Origin: an uncultured Gemmatimonadaceae bacterium
GTDB taxonomy: Bacteria > Gemmatimonadota > Gemmatimonadetes > Gemmatimonadales > Gemmatimonadaceae
Length of the DNA: 64,000 bases
Reading direction: 5' to 3'
NCBI GenBank assembly: GCA_963822945.1
Contig: CAWGJO010000020.1
Location: 160,001 to 224,000 of the forward strand
In this document: in pieces, positions 1 through 9,159 of the stretch
How the letters are laid out: every line of letters starts with the position of its first letter
How positions within the stretch are numbered: the stretch's first letter is position 1
The notes under the pieces: model-generated
What the model saw: the letters and a program-made list of their open reading frames with translations, nothing else
Database searches by the model: none
Told to the model about the DNA's origin: nothing
Position numbers and translations under genes: made by a program

Positions 1-371
1 CCACGGCCTCCATCGCCCGCTTCCAGCGGAACGAGCTGCTCGACGTCCTGCCGCTCGACTTCGTGCGGACGGCGCGCGCCAAGGGACTCTCCGACCGCCA
101 GGTGGTGCGCCGGCACGTGCTGCGCAACGCGCTCATTCCCACCATCACCCTGTTCGGCCTGTCGCTGCCCGCGCTGCTCGGAGGCTCGGTGTTCGTCGAG
201 ACCGTGTTCTCGTGGCAGGGTATGGGCTGGCTCACGGTCAATGCCATCGGCATGCGCGACTACCCGCTGGTACTCGCCGGCGTGCTCGTGGGCACCGTGA
301 TGGTGATCGTCGGCAACCTGATCGCCGACATCGCGTACGCGGTGGCCGATCCGAGGCTCCGGGTTGACTGA
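1..371 (+). CDS. Peptide/nickel ABC transporter permease (OppB/DppB family), 5' truncated by the window edge
   Basis: Frame open from base 3; EAA-like motif DFVRTARAKGL; C-terminal RDYPLV...DPR. Confidence 0.9.
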   Translation, partial: TASIARFQRNELLDVLPLDFVRTARAKGLSDRQVVRRHVLRNALIPTITLFGLSLPALLGGSVFVETVFSWQGMGWLTVNAIGMRDYPLVLAGVLVGTVMVIVGNLIADIAYAVADPRLRVD

Positions 372-1257
372 GCGCCCCGCCCCGGCGCGCCGCGTATGGG
401 CCCATCTGCCGGGCGGCGCGCGCATCGCCCTCGGCGTCATCGGGCTGTTCGTGCTCGGCGCGGCGTTCGCGCCGATGCTCACGCCGTACCACCCGTGGCA
501 GTTGCTCGACCCGGTGCGCCTCAAGAGTCTGCCCCCATCATGGGCCTACCCCTTCGGCACCGACCGGTTCAGCCGCGACGTGTTGACCCGGATCCTGTAC
601 GGCGCGCGGCTGTCGCTCTCGATCGCGGCGCTGGCGGTGCTCGTGTCGTCCACCGTGGGCATGCTGTACGGCGCGGTGGCCGGATACGCCGGCGGGTGGG
701 TGGATGCCGTGATGATGCGCTTCATCGACGCCATGCTCTCGGTTCCGCGCGTGCTGATGCTGATCGCCGTCCTGGCGCTCTGGTCGCCGGTGCCCGTGCC
801 GGCGCTGGTGCTGCTCATCGGTCTCACCGGGTGGTTCGACGTGGCGCGCATCGTCCGGGGGCAGGCGATGGCGCTCCGCGATCGCGAGTTCATCGTCGCC
901 GCGCGGTCGCTCGGCGCGAATCCCGTGCGCATCGTCTGGCGGCACGTGCTGCCCAACGTGCTGTCGCCGGTGATCATCGCCGGCGCCCTCGCCATCGGCA
1001 ACGTCATCATGCTCGAGGCGGGACTCTCGTTCCTCGGCATCGGCGTGCACGAACCGATGGCCAGTTGGGGCACCATGTTCCAGGATGCCGCCAACCAATT
1101 CGTGTCCACCTGGTGGGCCGTGATCTTCCCCGGGGTGGCCATCGTGTCCACGGTGTTGGCGTTCAATACGCTCGGCGACGCCTTGCGAGACACACTCGAT
1201 GCGCGTCAGCTTCCCGGACAACCCGCCGCCGACATGCCGGAGCCTGCCCATGGGTGA
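364..1257 (+). CDS. Peptide ABC transporter permease (OppC/DppC family)
   Basis: [44 protein letters not shown] motifs. Confidence 0.92.
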   Translation: MTERPAPARRVWAHLPGGARIALGVIGLFVLGAAFAPMLTPYHPWQLLDPVRLKSLPPSWAYPFGTDRFSRDVLTRILYGARLSLSIAALAVLVSSTVGMLYGAVAGYAGGWVDAVMMRFIDAMLSVPRVLMLIAVLALWSPVPVPALVLLIGLTGWFDVARIVRGQAMALRDREFIVAARSLGANPVRIVWRHVLPNVLSPVIIAGALAIGNVIMLEAGLSFLGIGVHEPMASWGTMFQDAANQFVSTWWAVIFPGVAIVSTVLAFNTLGDALRDTLDARQLPGQPAADMPEPAHG

Positions 1258-2269
1258 GCCGTTGCTCGCCATCGAGAATCTGCGAACCTATTTCCACACC
1301 AGCGCCGGCGTCGCGCGGGCGGTGGACGGGCTGTCCCTCGCCATCGCGCCGGGCGAGACGGTGGGCCTGGTCGGTGAGTCCGGATGCGGCAAGTCGGTGA
1401 CCGCGCTCTCCATCCTGCGCCTCGTGTCGGCCCCCGGGCGCATCGAAACGGGCAGCCATATCCGGTTCGAGGGGCGCGACCTCCTGTCGCTCGACGAGCG
1501 CGGTATGCGCGCCATTCGCGGCAATCGGATCGCGATGATCTTCCAGGAGCCGATGACGGCGCTCAACCCGGTGTTCACGGTGGGCGATCAGGTGGCCGAG
1601 GTGGCGCGAATCCACGCCGGTGCCTCGCGGGCCGAGGCATGGAAGCGCGCCGTCGAGATGCTGGATCGTGTGGGCATCCCGGCCGCCCGCGAACGCGCCC
1701 GGGAATATCCGCACCAGCTGTCGGGCGGCATGCGGCAGCGCGTGATGATCGCCATGGCGCTCGTGATGCAGCCCGCGCTGCTGATCGCCGACGAGCCCAC
1801 CACCGCGCTCGACGTCACGATTCAGGCGCAGATTCTCGAGTTGCTCGCCGAGCTGCAGCAGCAGTTCGGTATGTCGGTGCTGCTCATCACGCACGACTTC
1901 GGCGTGGTGGCCGAGACCGCATCGCGGGTGATCGTGATGTACGGCGGCGAAGCGGTGGAGGAAGCGCCGGTGCGAGAGCTGTTCGCGCGGGCGCACCATC
2001 CGTACACGCGCGGGCTGCTGGCGGCCATGCCGCGGCTCGGGGCGTCGCGCGAGCGGCTGCAGACCATTCCGGGCGCCGTCCCGGCGCCCACCGCCTGGCC
2101 CGCCGGCTGCCGATTCCGCGACCGGTGCGCCTCGGCGTGGGAGCGGTGCGAGCGCGAGCATCCGGCGATCGTCAGCGTGGGCACCGATCACGCGTCGCGC
2201 TGCCACCTGGCGGCGGAGCCCGACCGGCGCGCGAGCGACGGGACGCCGTTGCGCGCGGAGGTCGGATGA
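1250..2269 (+). CDS. Peptide ABC transporter ATP-binding protein (OppD/DppD family)
   Basis: [28 protein letters not shown]...GCRF..RC; ATG at 1250 overlaps the upstream gene end. Confidence 0.92.
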   Translation: MGEPLLAIENLRTYFHTSAGVARAVDGLSLAIAPGETVGLVGESGCGKSVTALSILRLVSAPGRIETGSHIRFEGRDLLSLDERGMRAIRGNRIAMIFQEPMTALNPVFTVGDQVAEVARIHAGASRAEAWKRAVEMLDRVGIPAARERAREYPHQLSGGMRQRVMIAMALVMQPALLIADEPTTALDVTIQAQILELLAELQQQFGMSVLLITHDFGVVAETASRVIVMYGGEAVEEAPVRELFARAHHPYTRGLLAAMPRLGASRERLQTIPGAVPAPTAWPAGCRFRDRCASAWERCEREHPAIVSVGTDHASRCHLAAEPDRRASDGTPLRAEVG

Positions 2270-3348
2270 GCGCGTCCGGTGCCGCCAACGGCACGCCGCT
2301 GGTCGAGGTTACCGACCTGCGGAAGCATTTCGCCAGGCGCCGCGCGTTGTTCGGCCCGCCACCGGAGCCGGTACGGGCCGTGGACGGCGTATCGTTCACC
2401 ATCCGGGCCGGCGAGACGCTGGGGCTGGTGGGCGAGTCGGGGTGCGGCAAGACGACGACCGGGCGGGCGGTGCTCCGGCTCATCGAGCCGACCAGCGGAC
2501 GCGTGCGCTTCGACGGGCAGGATGTGCTGACCATGGGCGCCGCCGAGCTGCGGCGGCTGCGGCGCCGGATGCAGATCGTGTTCCAGGATCCCTTCTCGTC
2601 GTTGAATCCACGCATGACCATCGGCGCCATCGTGCGCGAAGGGCTCACCATCCATCGCCTGGCCGAGGGCGCGGCCGCCGACCAGCGGGTGAAGCAGCTG
2701 CTCGAGGAGGTGGGCCTGCGTCCGGAATATGCGTCGCGCTATCCCCACGAGTTCTCCGGCGGGCAGCGGCAGCGCGTGGGGATCGCGCGCGCGCTGTCGG
2801 TGGAGCCGTCGTTCATCGTGTGCGACGAGCCGGTGTCGGCCCTCGACGTGTCGGTGCAGGCGCAGGTGGTCAACCTGCTGCGTGATCTGCAGCGCGACCG
2901 CGGGCTCGCGTACCTGTTCATCGCCCACGACCTGGCCGTCGTGGAACACATCGCCGACCGGGTGGCCGTGATGTACCTGGGCCACATCGTGGAACTCGCC
3001 GCGGCGCGCGATCTCTACCGCGAGCCGCTGATGCCGTACACCCAGGCGCTGCTGTCGGCGGTGCCGGTGCCCGATCCGGACGCCGGTCGCGACCGGATCA
3101 TTCTGCAGGGCGACGTGCCGTCGCCGGCGCATCCGCCCTCGGGATGCGTGTTCCACCCGCGCTGCCAGCATCCCGCCAAGGACGCGGCGTGCACCAAGAT
3201 CGTGCCGCCGCTGGAAGAGAAGGCGCCCGGCCATCTGGCCGCCTGCATCAAACAGTCGCCCACCACGGTCACGTGGGCGCAGCAGCGCGAGGTCGGGGCC
3301 ACTCACGAGCCCGGCCGGTATCTTCCCATCCATTCGCCCACCGCCTGA
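2266..3348 (+). CDS. Peptide ABC transporter ATP-binding protein (OppF/DppF family)
   Basis: ATGA overlap with upstream stop; [25 protein letters not shown]. Confidence 0.92.
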   Translation: MSASGAANGTPLVEVTDLRKHFARRRALFGPPPEPVRAVDGVSFTIRAGETLGLVGESGCGKTTTGRAVLRLIEPTSGRVRFDGQDVLTMGAAELRRLRRRMQIVFQDPFSSLNPRMTIGAIVREGLTIHRLAEGAAADQRVKQLLEEVGLRPEYASRYPHEFSGGQRQRVGIARALSVEPSFIVCDEPVSALDVSVQAQVVNLLRDLQRDRGLAYLFIAHDLAVVEHIADRVAVMYLGHIVELAAARDLYREPLMPYTQALLSAVPVPDPDAGRDRIILQGDVPSPAHPPSGCVFHPRCQHPAKDAACTKIVPPLEEKAPGHLAACIKQSPTTVTWAQQREVGATHEPGRYLPIHSPTA

Positions 3349-3377
3349 ACCCGCCACCCACCACCTGGAGTCACGTC

Positions 3378-4787
3378 GTGCCCCCAGATTCCCCGGTCGC
3401 CGCTGCCCACGACGGGCTGCCCATTGCCCCGAGTGATCGCTCCTTCTTCGGCCACCCGCGCGGCCTGTCGACGCTCTTCTTCACGGAGATGTGGGAGCGG
3501 TTCAGCTACTACGGGATGCGGGCCTTCCTCATCCTGTACATGGTACATGTACTCGGATTCGGCGATGCACACGCCGGCTCGGTGTACGGCACGTACGCCG
3601 GCAGCGTGTGGGCCGCCACGATCTTCGGCGGCATCATCGCCGACCGCTGGCTGGGCCAGTACAAGAGCGTGCTCTACGGCGGCATCATCATCGCCATGGG
3701 GCACTTCACACTGGTGTTCCATCCCCTGCCCTTCTTCTACGCGGGGTTGTCGCTGATCGTCATCGGCACGGGCCTGCTCAAGCCGAACGTGAGCGGCATC
3801 GTCGGATCGCTGTATGAGACCAACGACGCACGGCGCGATGCCGGATTCTCGATCTTCTACATGGGCATCAACCTGGGCGCCGCGATCGGGCCATTCATCG
3901 CCGGCTACTTTGCGCAGGAGGTCAACTGGCACCTCGGCTTCGCCTGCGCGGGCGTGGGGATGACGTTCGGGCTCATCCAGTACGTGCGTGGACGGCGCCA
4001 TCTGCAGCCCGCCATCGAGCGGCTCGACCGGCAGCGGCGTGCGACCGCGGCGGCCCACGAGGCGTCGATGAAGCGCCAGGCCGACAATCCCGGCAGCGCC
4101 GCGACGAACGACTCCGGCGACCGCACCTTCTGGGGCTTCACCACGGTCGAATGGAAGCGGCTGGCGGCCATGGGCGTGTTCTTCGCGTTTGCCGCGGTAT
4201 TCTGGGGCGCGTACGAGCAGGCCGGATCGACCCTCAACCTGTTCGCCGATCGCTACACGCACAGCGAGATCCTGGGCTTCAGCTTCCCGTCGAGCTGGTT
4301 CGTCTCGGTTCAGGCAATCTTCGTAATTCTGCTCGCGCCTGCGTTCGCGTGGTTGTGGATGTGGCTCGGCAAGCGGGAGCCGTCGACGCCAACCAAGTTC
4401 GCCGCCGGGCTGTTCTTCATCGGCATGTCGTTCGTACTCCTGCTCATCCCGGCCTACCATCTGCAGGGGTCACCCGACATTCGCGTCGCCCCGTTCTGGC
4501 TCATCGGCTGCTATTTCATCCAGGAACTCGGCGAGCTGTCACTCTCTCCCGTCGGGCTTTCCGTGTTCACGAAGCTCGCACCGGTCAAGATCGTGGGTAT
4601 GATGCTCGGCGTCTGGTTCCTGGCCGATGCGGTCGGCAACAAGGTCGCCGGCTACGCCGCGGGGTTCATTTCCTCGGCGCCTCTTCCCCAACTGTTCGGC
4701 ACGATCGCCGCTGTCTGTCTCGGCGCGTCCGTGATTGCGACGTTGATGATCAAGCCGGTGCAGAGATTGATGGGCGGCGTGCACTAG
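3378..4787 (+). CDS. Proton-dependent oligopeptide transporter (POT/PTR family, MFS)
   Basis: FFGHPRGL..LFFTEMWERFSYYGM signature; FSIFYMGINLG; GTG start after GGAG. Confidence 0.92.
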   Translation: MPPDSPVAAAHDGLPIAPSDRSFFGHPRGLSTLFFTEMWERFSYYGMRAFLILYMVHVLGFGDAHAGSVYGTYAGSVWAATIFGGIIADRWLGQYKSVLYGGIIIAMGHFTLVFHPLPFFYAGLSLIVIGTGLLKPNVSGIVGSLYETNDARRDAGFSIFYMGINLGAAIGPFIAGYFAQEVNWHLGFACAGVGMTFGLIQYVRGRRHLQPAIERLDRQRRATAAAHEASMKRQADNPGSAATNDSGDRTFWGFTTVEWKRLAAMGVFFAFAAVFWGAYEQAGSTLNLFADRYTHSEILGFSFPSSWFVSVQAIFVILLAPAFAWLWMWLGKREPSTPTKFAAGLFFIGMSFVLLLIPAYHLQGSPDIRVAPFWLIGCYFIQELGELSLSPVGLSVFTKLAPVKIVGMMLGVWFLADAVGNKVAGYAAGFISSAPLPQLFGTIAAVCLGASVIATLMIKPVQRLMGGVH

Positions 4788-4890
4788 GCGGGCGCAACGG
4801 GGGCGCGGCGCCTGCTCCCGCGCTCCCGGGATTCCGCCCGGCTCCGCAAGGCTTGGACGCGCGGCCCGCGAGACGCGCTGGCCCCTTCCC

Positions 4891-5065
4891 CGCCGTTTCG
4901 GTCCCGCGCCGTTCATGCCCTGCGCCGTTCATGCCCTGCGTAGTCTCGGCCCTGCGTAGTCTCGGCCCTGCGTAGTCTCGGTCCTGCGTAGTCTCGGTCC
5001 TGCGCCGTACCGGCCCTGCGTAGTTTCGGCCCTGCGCCGTTTCGATCCGTCGCCGTTTCTCAGTT
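4891..5065 (+). repeat. Intergenic tandem array of about 11 degenerate 16-bp units (consensus CG(TA/CC)GT(C/T)TCGGCCCTG)
   Basis: Units read directly at 16-bp spacing from 4891, e.g. cgtagtctcggccctg at 4939 and 4955. Confidence 0.9.
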
Positions 5066-5070
5066 CGCCG

Positions 5071-6792
5071 TTACGGCCAGTTGAATAGACTTGCTGGTAC
5101 ACTCCGCTCCCTCGCGATCGCCACGTCCCGGGGCTCCCGCCAGAACCCGGTGGACTGGTCGTTGCGCGAGATGCGGAGGGCCAGCCGGAGTCCGCGCCCG
5201 GGGACGTTCGGCAGCGCGATGTCGAGGCGCCACGTCCGCGCGGAGCGCGATGGCACGGCCGCCAGCAGGCTGATGCCGGCCGAAAAGCGCACCGGCGTGG
5301 TCGAGCCGAACGGCACGTCGCCGGCCCACAGCCGCCCGGCGTCGGCGAAGAACGCCACGCCCAGATCGGCCACGCCCTGGCCCACCGAACCGAGCAGCAG
5401 CCGGTCCTCCACGCGCATGATCGCCCGCCGGCCGCCCTGCTCCACGCCTTCGGGCATGCCCCGGATGCCCCCATCGGTGCCGGCCAGCGTGACGCGAAAC
5501 GGCACCCGCACGCGCCATCCCCCGCCCCATTCGAGCGAGGTGACGACCATGTGCGCCTGCCCCGTGCGCTGATGCCATGCCAACCGTCCGCTGCTGAGGA
5601 TGCCGTCCCACGGGGCGCGGGTGTCCGGACGCCGCGCCTCGGCCTCGACCTGTAGGCGGATGGCCGACTCGGCGCTGGCTTCCCCGGCATACAATTCGCC
5701 GCCCACGAGCACGTCATGGTCGCGCGAGCCCAGAAGGCCGGCGCCTTTCCCGATCAGCGCCCCGACCTCGATCCCCGTCGGCACATCCTCGACGTTGCGC
5801 AGCCCCTCGAAACCCGTGGTGCGCACGTAGCGAAGGTTGCGATACCCCAACAGCGCGTTCAGCCGGGACGTGGTATGGGACGCGTAGCGCCCATCCAGCG
5901 GGAATGCAGGGTCGGGACTCGTGCCGCGGGCGGAGATCAGGATCGGCGCTGTTCCCGCGTACGCCGTCTCGTGCGAGACCGAGACGCCGACCAGCGCCAG
6001 GCGGCCCGGGGGACCGATGCGGGCGAGCCCCCCGATGTCCGCATAATCGCGGCTCAGCAGATCGGCATGCGTGCTCCCCGCGGCGTCGACGAACCGGACG
6101 TAGTCGTCGGAGCGACCGCGCTGCACGCGCCAGGCAACGCGTTGCAGGTCGGTGAGGAAGGGCCGCTGCACGTCGAAGTGGTATTCACCACCGAGCGGGG
6201 CCCGCGCCAGGCGCGCCGTCGCCTGATAGGGCTGCCCGAGAAACTGATAGTCCGTCACGCCGAACGAATAGCCGTCCCGCAACCCCGACTCCTGCCACCA
6301 GCGGCCGGCGAGGTACACGCCCTCGCCTCCGGCGTTCGCGTCGCCCACCCGCAGGCCGGTGAACAGCGGCGCCTTCGCCTTCAGCGTCGCACTGAACACC
6401 GCCGCCACTTCGTCGATCGTCTGCACGTCCAGCGCGACCCCACCCGAGTCGGAGGGAACCACCGTGATCGAGGCATCGGCCAGGAAGGGCTGGGCCCGCA
6501 GGATGTGCGCCGACTCCGCCCGCCGGAGTTCCGAACACCGGTCCCCGACGTGCAACAGGAGAAAGCGAGAGATCACGTCGGGCTGGGTGGTGGTGTGCAC
6601 GGCCCGCGCGACTTCCGACACCACGGGAATCCGGCGCAGGCCGGCCACGGTGGGCGCCCGCGAGGTGATCGTGATGGCATTGATGCGCTGGCCGTTGCAG
6701 GGAACCTGAGGCTGGTCCGCCTGCGCACGCGCCGCCCCGGCCCACCCTCCCCACAGCACGCAGGCCGTGACGCACGCGACCGACCCGCGCAT
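5071..6792 (-). CDS. Secreted outer-membrane protein, Omp85/BamA-like (POTRA-like N-terminus plus beta-barrel)
   Basis: Signal peptide (ARA-Q); 'VISRFLLLHVGD...ESAHILR.QPFL' POTRA-like segment; C-terminal 'GGIRG...AFFADAGRLW' barrel-like motifs. Confidence 0.6.
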   Translation of the reverse strand: MRGSVACVTACVLWGGWAGAARAQADQPQVPCNGQRINAITITSRAPTVAGLRRIPVVSEVARAVHTTTQPDVISRFLLLHVGDRCSELRRAESAHILRAQPFLADASITVVPSDSGGVALDVQTIDEVAAVFSATLKAKAPLFTGLRVGDANAGGEGVYLAGRWWQESGLRDGYSFGVTDYQFLGQPYQATARLARAPLGGEYHFDVQRPFLTDLQRVAWRVQRGRSDDYVRFVDAAGSTHADLLSRDYADIGGLARIGPPGRLALVGVSVSHETAYAGTAPILISARGTSPDPAFPLDGRYASHTTSRLNALLGYRNLRYVRTTGFEGLRNVEDVPTGIEVGALIGKGAGLLGSRDHDVLVGGELYAGEASAESAIRLQVEAEARRPDTRAPWDGILSSGRLAWHQRTGQAHMVVTSLEWGGGWRVRVPFRVTLAGTDGGIRGMPEGVEQGGRRAIMRVEDRLLLGSVGQGVADLGVAFFADAGRLWAGDVPFGSTTPVRFSAGISLLAAVPSRSARTWRLDIALPNVPGRGLRLALRISRNDQSTGFWREPRDVAIARERSVPASLFNWP

Positions 6793-6793
6793 C

Positions 6794-7366
6794 CTAGGGC
6801 GACTTCCCCATGCGCCGCTTGAGTTCCTCGAGACGCCGCTGCGCCTCCTCGTCGCGCGACGCCCGCGCGTGGGCACGGGCGAGCGCATCGAGTTCTTCGC
6901 GCGTCGCCTCGCCCGTCTCCTGCGCCAACGGGTCGGCCCCCGCGCCCACGCCCGCTCCCGCCGTGGACGCCGGCGGCACGGCCCCAATGGCGTGGCGCTT
7001 GAATTCGGCGTTCATCTCGGCGAGTTCCTGCTCGGCGAGCGCAACCTCACGCTCCTGCGCGTCCAGTTTGCGCTGCAGCACGTCCAACCGCTCGGTGTGG
7101 AGTGTTTCGTACTTCGTGGCGAGCTCCACGGTTTCCTGATCGTGGATCCCCTCGGCCAGCGCCTTCCGGCGTTGCACCGTGGCCAACTCGCGCCGTTCGG
7201 TCTCCAGCCGGCGCCGGGTGACGTCGAGTCCCGAACGGAGATCCTCCACGCCGAGCTTCGCGTGCACCAGCGAATCCTTCATGCGCGCCAGCACGTCGCG
7301 GCGCTCCTCGGGCCGCGTGGCCCGCTCCATGAGGTCGTTCAGCGACTGACGAAGGGACTCGAACAC
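6794..7366 (-). CDS. PspA/IM30-like coiled-coil protein
   Basis: Amphipathic MFESLRQSLNDL start, long coiled coil, AxELAxK segment, C-terminal RLEELKRRMG. Confidence 0.65.
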   Translation of the reverse strand: MFESLRQSLNDLMERATRPEERRDVLARMKDSLVHAKLGVEDLRSGLDVTRRRLETERRELATVQRRKALAEGIHDQETVELATKYETLHTERLDVLQRKLDAQEREVALAEQELAEMNAEFKRHAIGAVPPASTAGAGVGAGADPLAQETGEATREELDALARAHARASRDEEAQRRLEELKRRMGKSP

Positions 7367-7374
7367 AGGGCACC

Positions 7375-7400
7375 TACGGGAATTGGCAGATCGGCGTTTC
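7375..7400 (-). promoter_or_regulatory. ECF-sigma-type promoter GAAAC-N17-CGTA
   Basis: Minus strand GAAAC gccgatctgccaattcc CGTA, 8 nt before the GTG start of the PspA-like gene. Confidence 0.7.
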
Positions 7401-7505
7401 GGATGCTGTGGTCGCGAGGCTCACGACTGGCGCGCCCGCCGGCTGGCCCGATAGGATACGCAGGTTCGCCGCACCGTCGCAACCGAACGGACACCACGGA
7501 TATCC

Positions 7506-8276
7506 ATGCCCCGCCCCGATCGCGATTCCCCGGCCATAGTGGCCCTGACGACGACCACCGAGATCGTGCGCGAGTTGCCCCGCGTGCGGGTGAACCAGCG
7601 CTACACCGACGCCCTCGTGCGCTCAGGCGTGCTGCCCGTGGCCGTGCCCCCCCTCGATCCGGACGCGGCCGATGCCCTGCTCGACCGCATGGACGGCCTG
7701 GTGCTCACCGGAGGCGAGGACGTGGAATCGCGCCTCTACGGGGCGGCGCCTCATCCCAAGGCCGAGGCGCCCAATCCCGAGCGCGATCGTTGGGAAATCG
7801 CGCTCGCCCGTGCCGCGCGCGACCGCCAGGTGCCCACCCTGGCCATCTGCCGCGGCGTGCAGATCGTCAACGTCGCGTTCGGCGGTTCGCTGATCCAGGA
7901 CATCGCCAGTGAATGCGGCGGCGCCCTCCGGCACACGCGGGAAGACGTCCGCGCCACGCGCGTTCATGCCGTGGAGGTGGAACCGGCCTCGCGCCTCGCC
8001 CACGCGCTGGGTGCCGAGCATATCATGGCGAACTCACTCCACCACCAGGCCATCGCACGCCCCGGCGACGGGCTCCGAGTGGTCGCACGGGCCGAGGACG
8101 GCATCGTGGAAGCCGTGGAATGGCACACCGACGACTGGTGGATGCTTGGCGTGCAGTGGCATCCGGAAGAACTCGACGACGGCCCCGAACCGTGGGACCG
8201 CGCGCTCTTCGCTGCCTTCGCGGCGGCGGTCAGTGCGTCCAGCGCCAGCGCGTTTCGTCCCGTACGCGGCGCATGA
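7506..8276 (+). CDS. Gamma-glutamyl-gamma-aminobutyrate hydrolase family protein (peptidase C26, class I GATase)
   Basis: LTGGEDV, LAICRGVQ, NSLHHQA, GVQWHPE. Confidence 0.9.
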   Translation: MPRPDRDSPAIVALTTTTEIVRELPRVRVNQRYTDALVRSGVLPVAVPPLDPDAADALLDRMDGLVLTGGEDVESRLYGAAPHPKAEAPNPERDRWEIALARAARDRQVPTLAICRGVQIVNVAFGGSLIQDIASECGGALRHTREDVRATRVHAVEVEPASRLAHALGAEHIMANSLHHQAIARPGDGLRVVARAEDGIVEAVEWHTDDWWMLGVQWHPEELDDGPEPWDRALFAAFAAAVSASSASAFRPVRGA

Positions 8277-8964
8277 GGCGCTCCGGCGTATTCACGTTGG
8301 GAAAGAGCAGCGCGTCGCTGAATGCGGTGAGCGCGAGACGCAGCGTGACGAACCGCTCCGCCATCGTGGCGTACAGCTCCGCCATGCCCTGGTCGCGCGC
8401 CGAGGGATGTTCGGCCGCCATCGCGAATCCGCGGCGGCCCATCTCTTCGTAGTACTCCAGGTGGGGGCCGCCCCGCCGCCACCGGCGGTGTTCGATGTGG
8501 TCGGCGAACAACCCGCTCAGCCACAGCGCATAGTTCCCGAGATGCACCCGCACGAGATAGCTGCGCCGTGCATCGGGACTCTCGGCATCGCGCAGCATGG
8601 CAGCCAGCGTGTCGTAGATCTCGTCGTCGGCCTCGCCGCACCGCTCGGCGCGGCCGCGCTGTCCGAACGCCAACACCACCGCCGCCGTGTAGTCGCTCAG
8701 CACCGGGTCATCCTCTCCCAACCGGCAGAGCACCGACCGCAGCATCACGTAGGTGAGCAGGCGCAGCGACGCGAGCGCCGCCATCGGCTCCTGCCGCAAC
8801 GCTTCCGGCAGGCGCGGGTGATCGAGGACGGCATTGATGCCCTCGTTCGCCAACCGCGTCTGCAGTTCGCGCTCCTCCGCCTCCCCCGATCCGTGCGCCA
8901 CGAGCCGGATGGCCAACTGCGCGTCGTCGCGCGTCATGCGCTGCCGAGTGTCCGGTTGAATCAT
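8230..8964 (-). CDS. Conserved hypothetical all-helical protein
   Basis: GGAGG RBS before ATG 8964; HLGNYALWLSGLF...YYEEMGRRGF segment; typical codon usage. Confidence 0.75.
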   Translation of the reverse strand: MIQPDTRQRMTRDDAQLAIRLVAHGSGEAEERELQTRLANEGINAVLDHPRLPEALRQEPMAALASLRLLTYVMLRSVLCRLGEDDPVLSDYTAAVVLAFGQRGRAERCGEADDEIYDTLAAMLRDAESPDARRSYLVRVHLGNYALWLSGLFADHIEHRRWRRGGPHLEYYEEMGRRGFAMAAEHPSARDQGMAELYATMAERFVTLRLALTAFSDALLFPNVNTPERLMRRVRDETRWRWTH

Positions 8965-9043
8965 CGCCGAGCCTCCACCGTGGGGTCGTCCACTGGCCTC
9001 TGTCGTATAACTCGGTGAATGCCCATTCGGTAACACGTCTTGC

Positions 9044-9070
9044 ATAGCACTCTGAAGCGCCGAGTGCTGA
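9044..9070. promoter_or_regulatory. CIRCE-like element (HrcA operator)
   Basis: ATAGCACTC-tgaagcgcc-GAGTGCTGA versus consensus TTAGCACTC-N9-GAGTGCTAA: 2 mismatches, exact 9-nt spacer. Confidence 0.8.
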
Positions 9071-9072
9071 CG

Positions 9073-9109
9073 ACAGAACGGGCGCGGGAGGCAAACGCTC
9101 CCACGCCCG
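9073..9109 (-). terminator. Putative intrinsic terminator after the M28 peptidase
   Basis: Stem cgggcg(c)gggag / ctccc(a)cgcccg followed by ttctgt on the minus strand. Confidence 0.5.
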
Positions 9110-9159
9110 CTTCCGCGCCCTGCCGTCCGTGTCGCCGGTGACCGGCGACACATCCGCCG

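Noticed and set aside
4891..5065. CRISPR array
   Set aside because: Contiguous 16-bp units with no unique spacers, and no cas genes in the window
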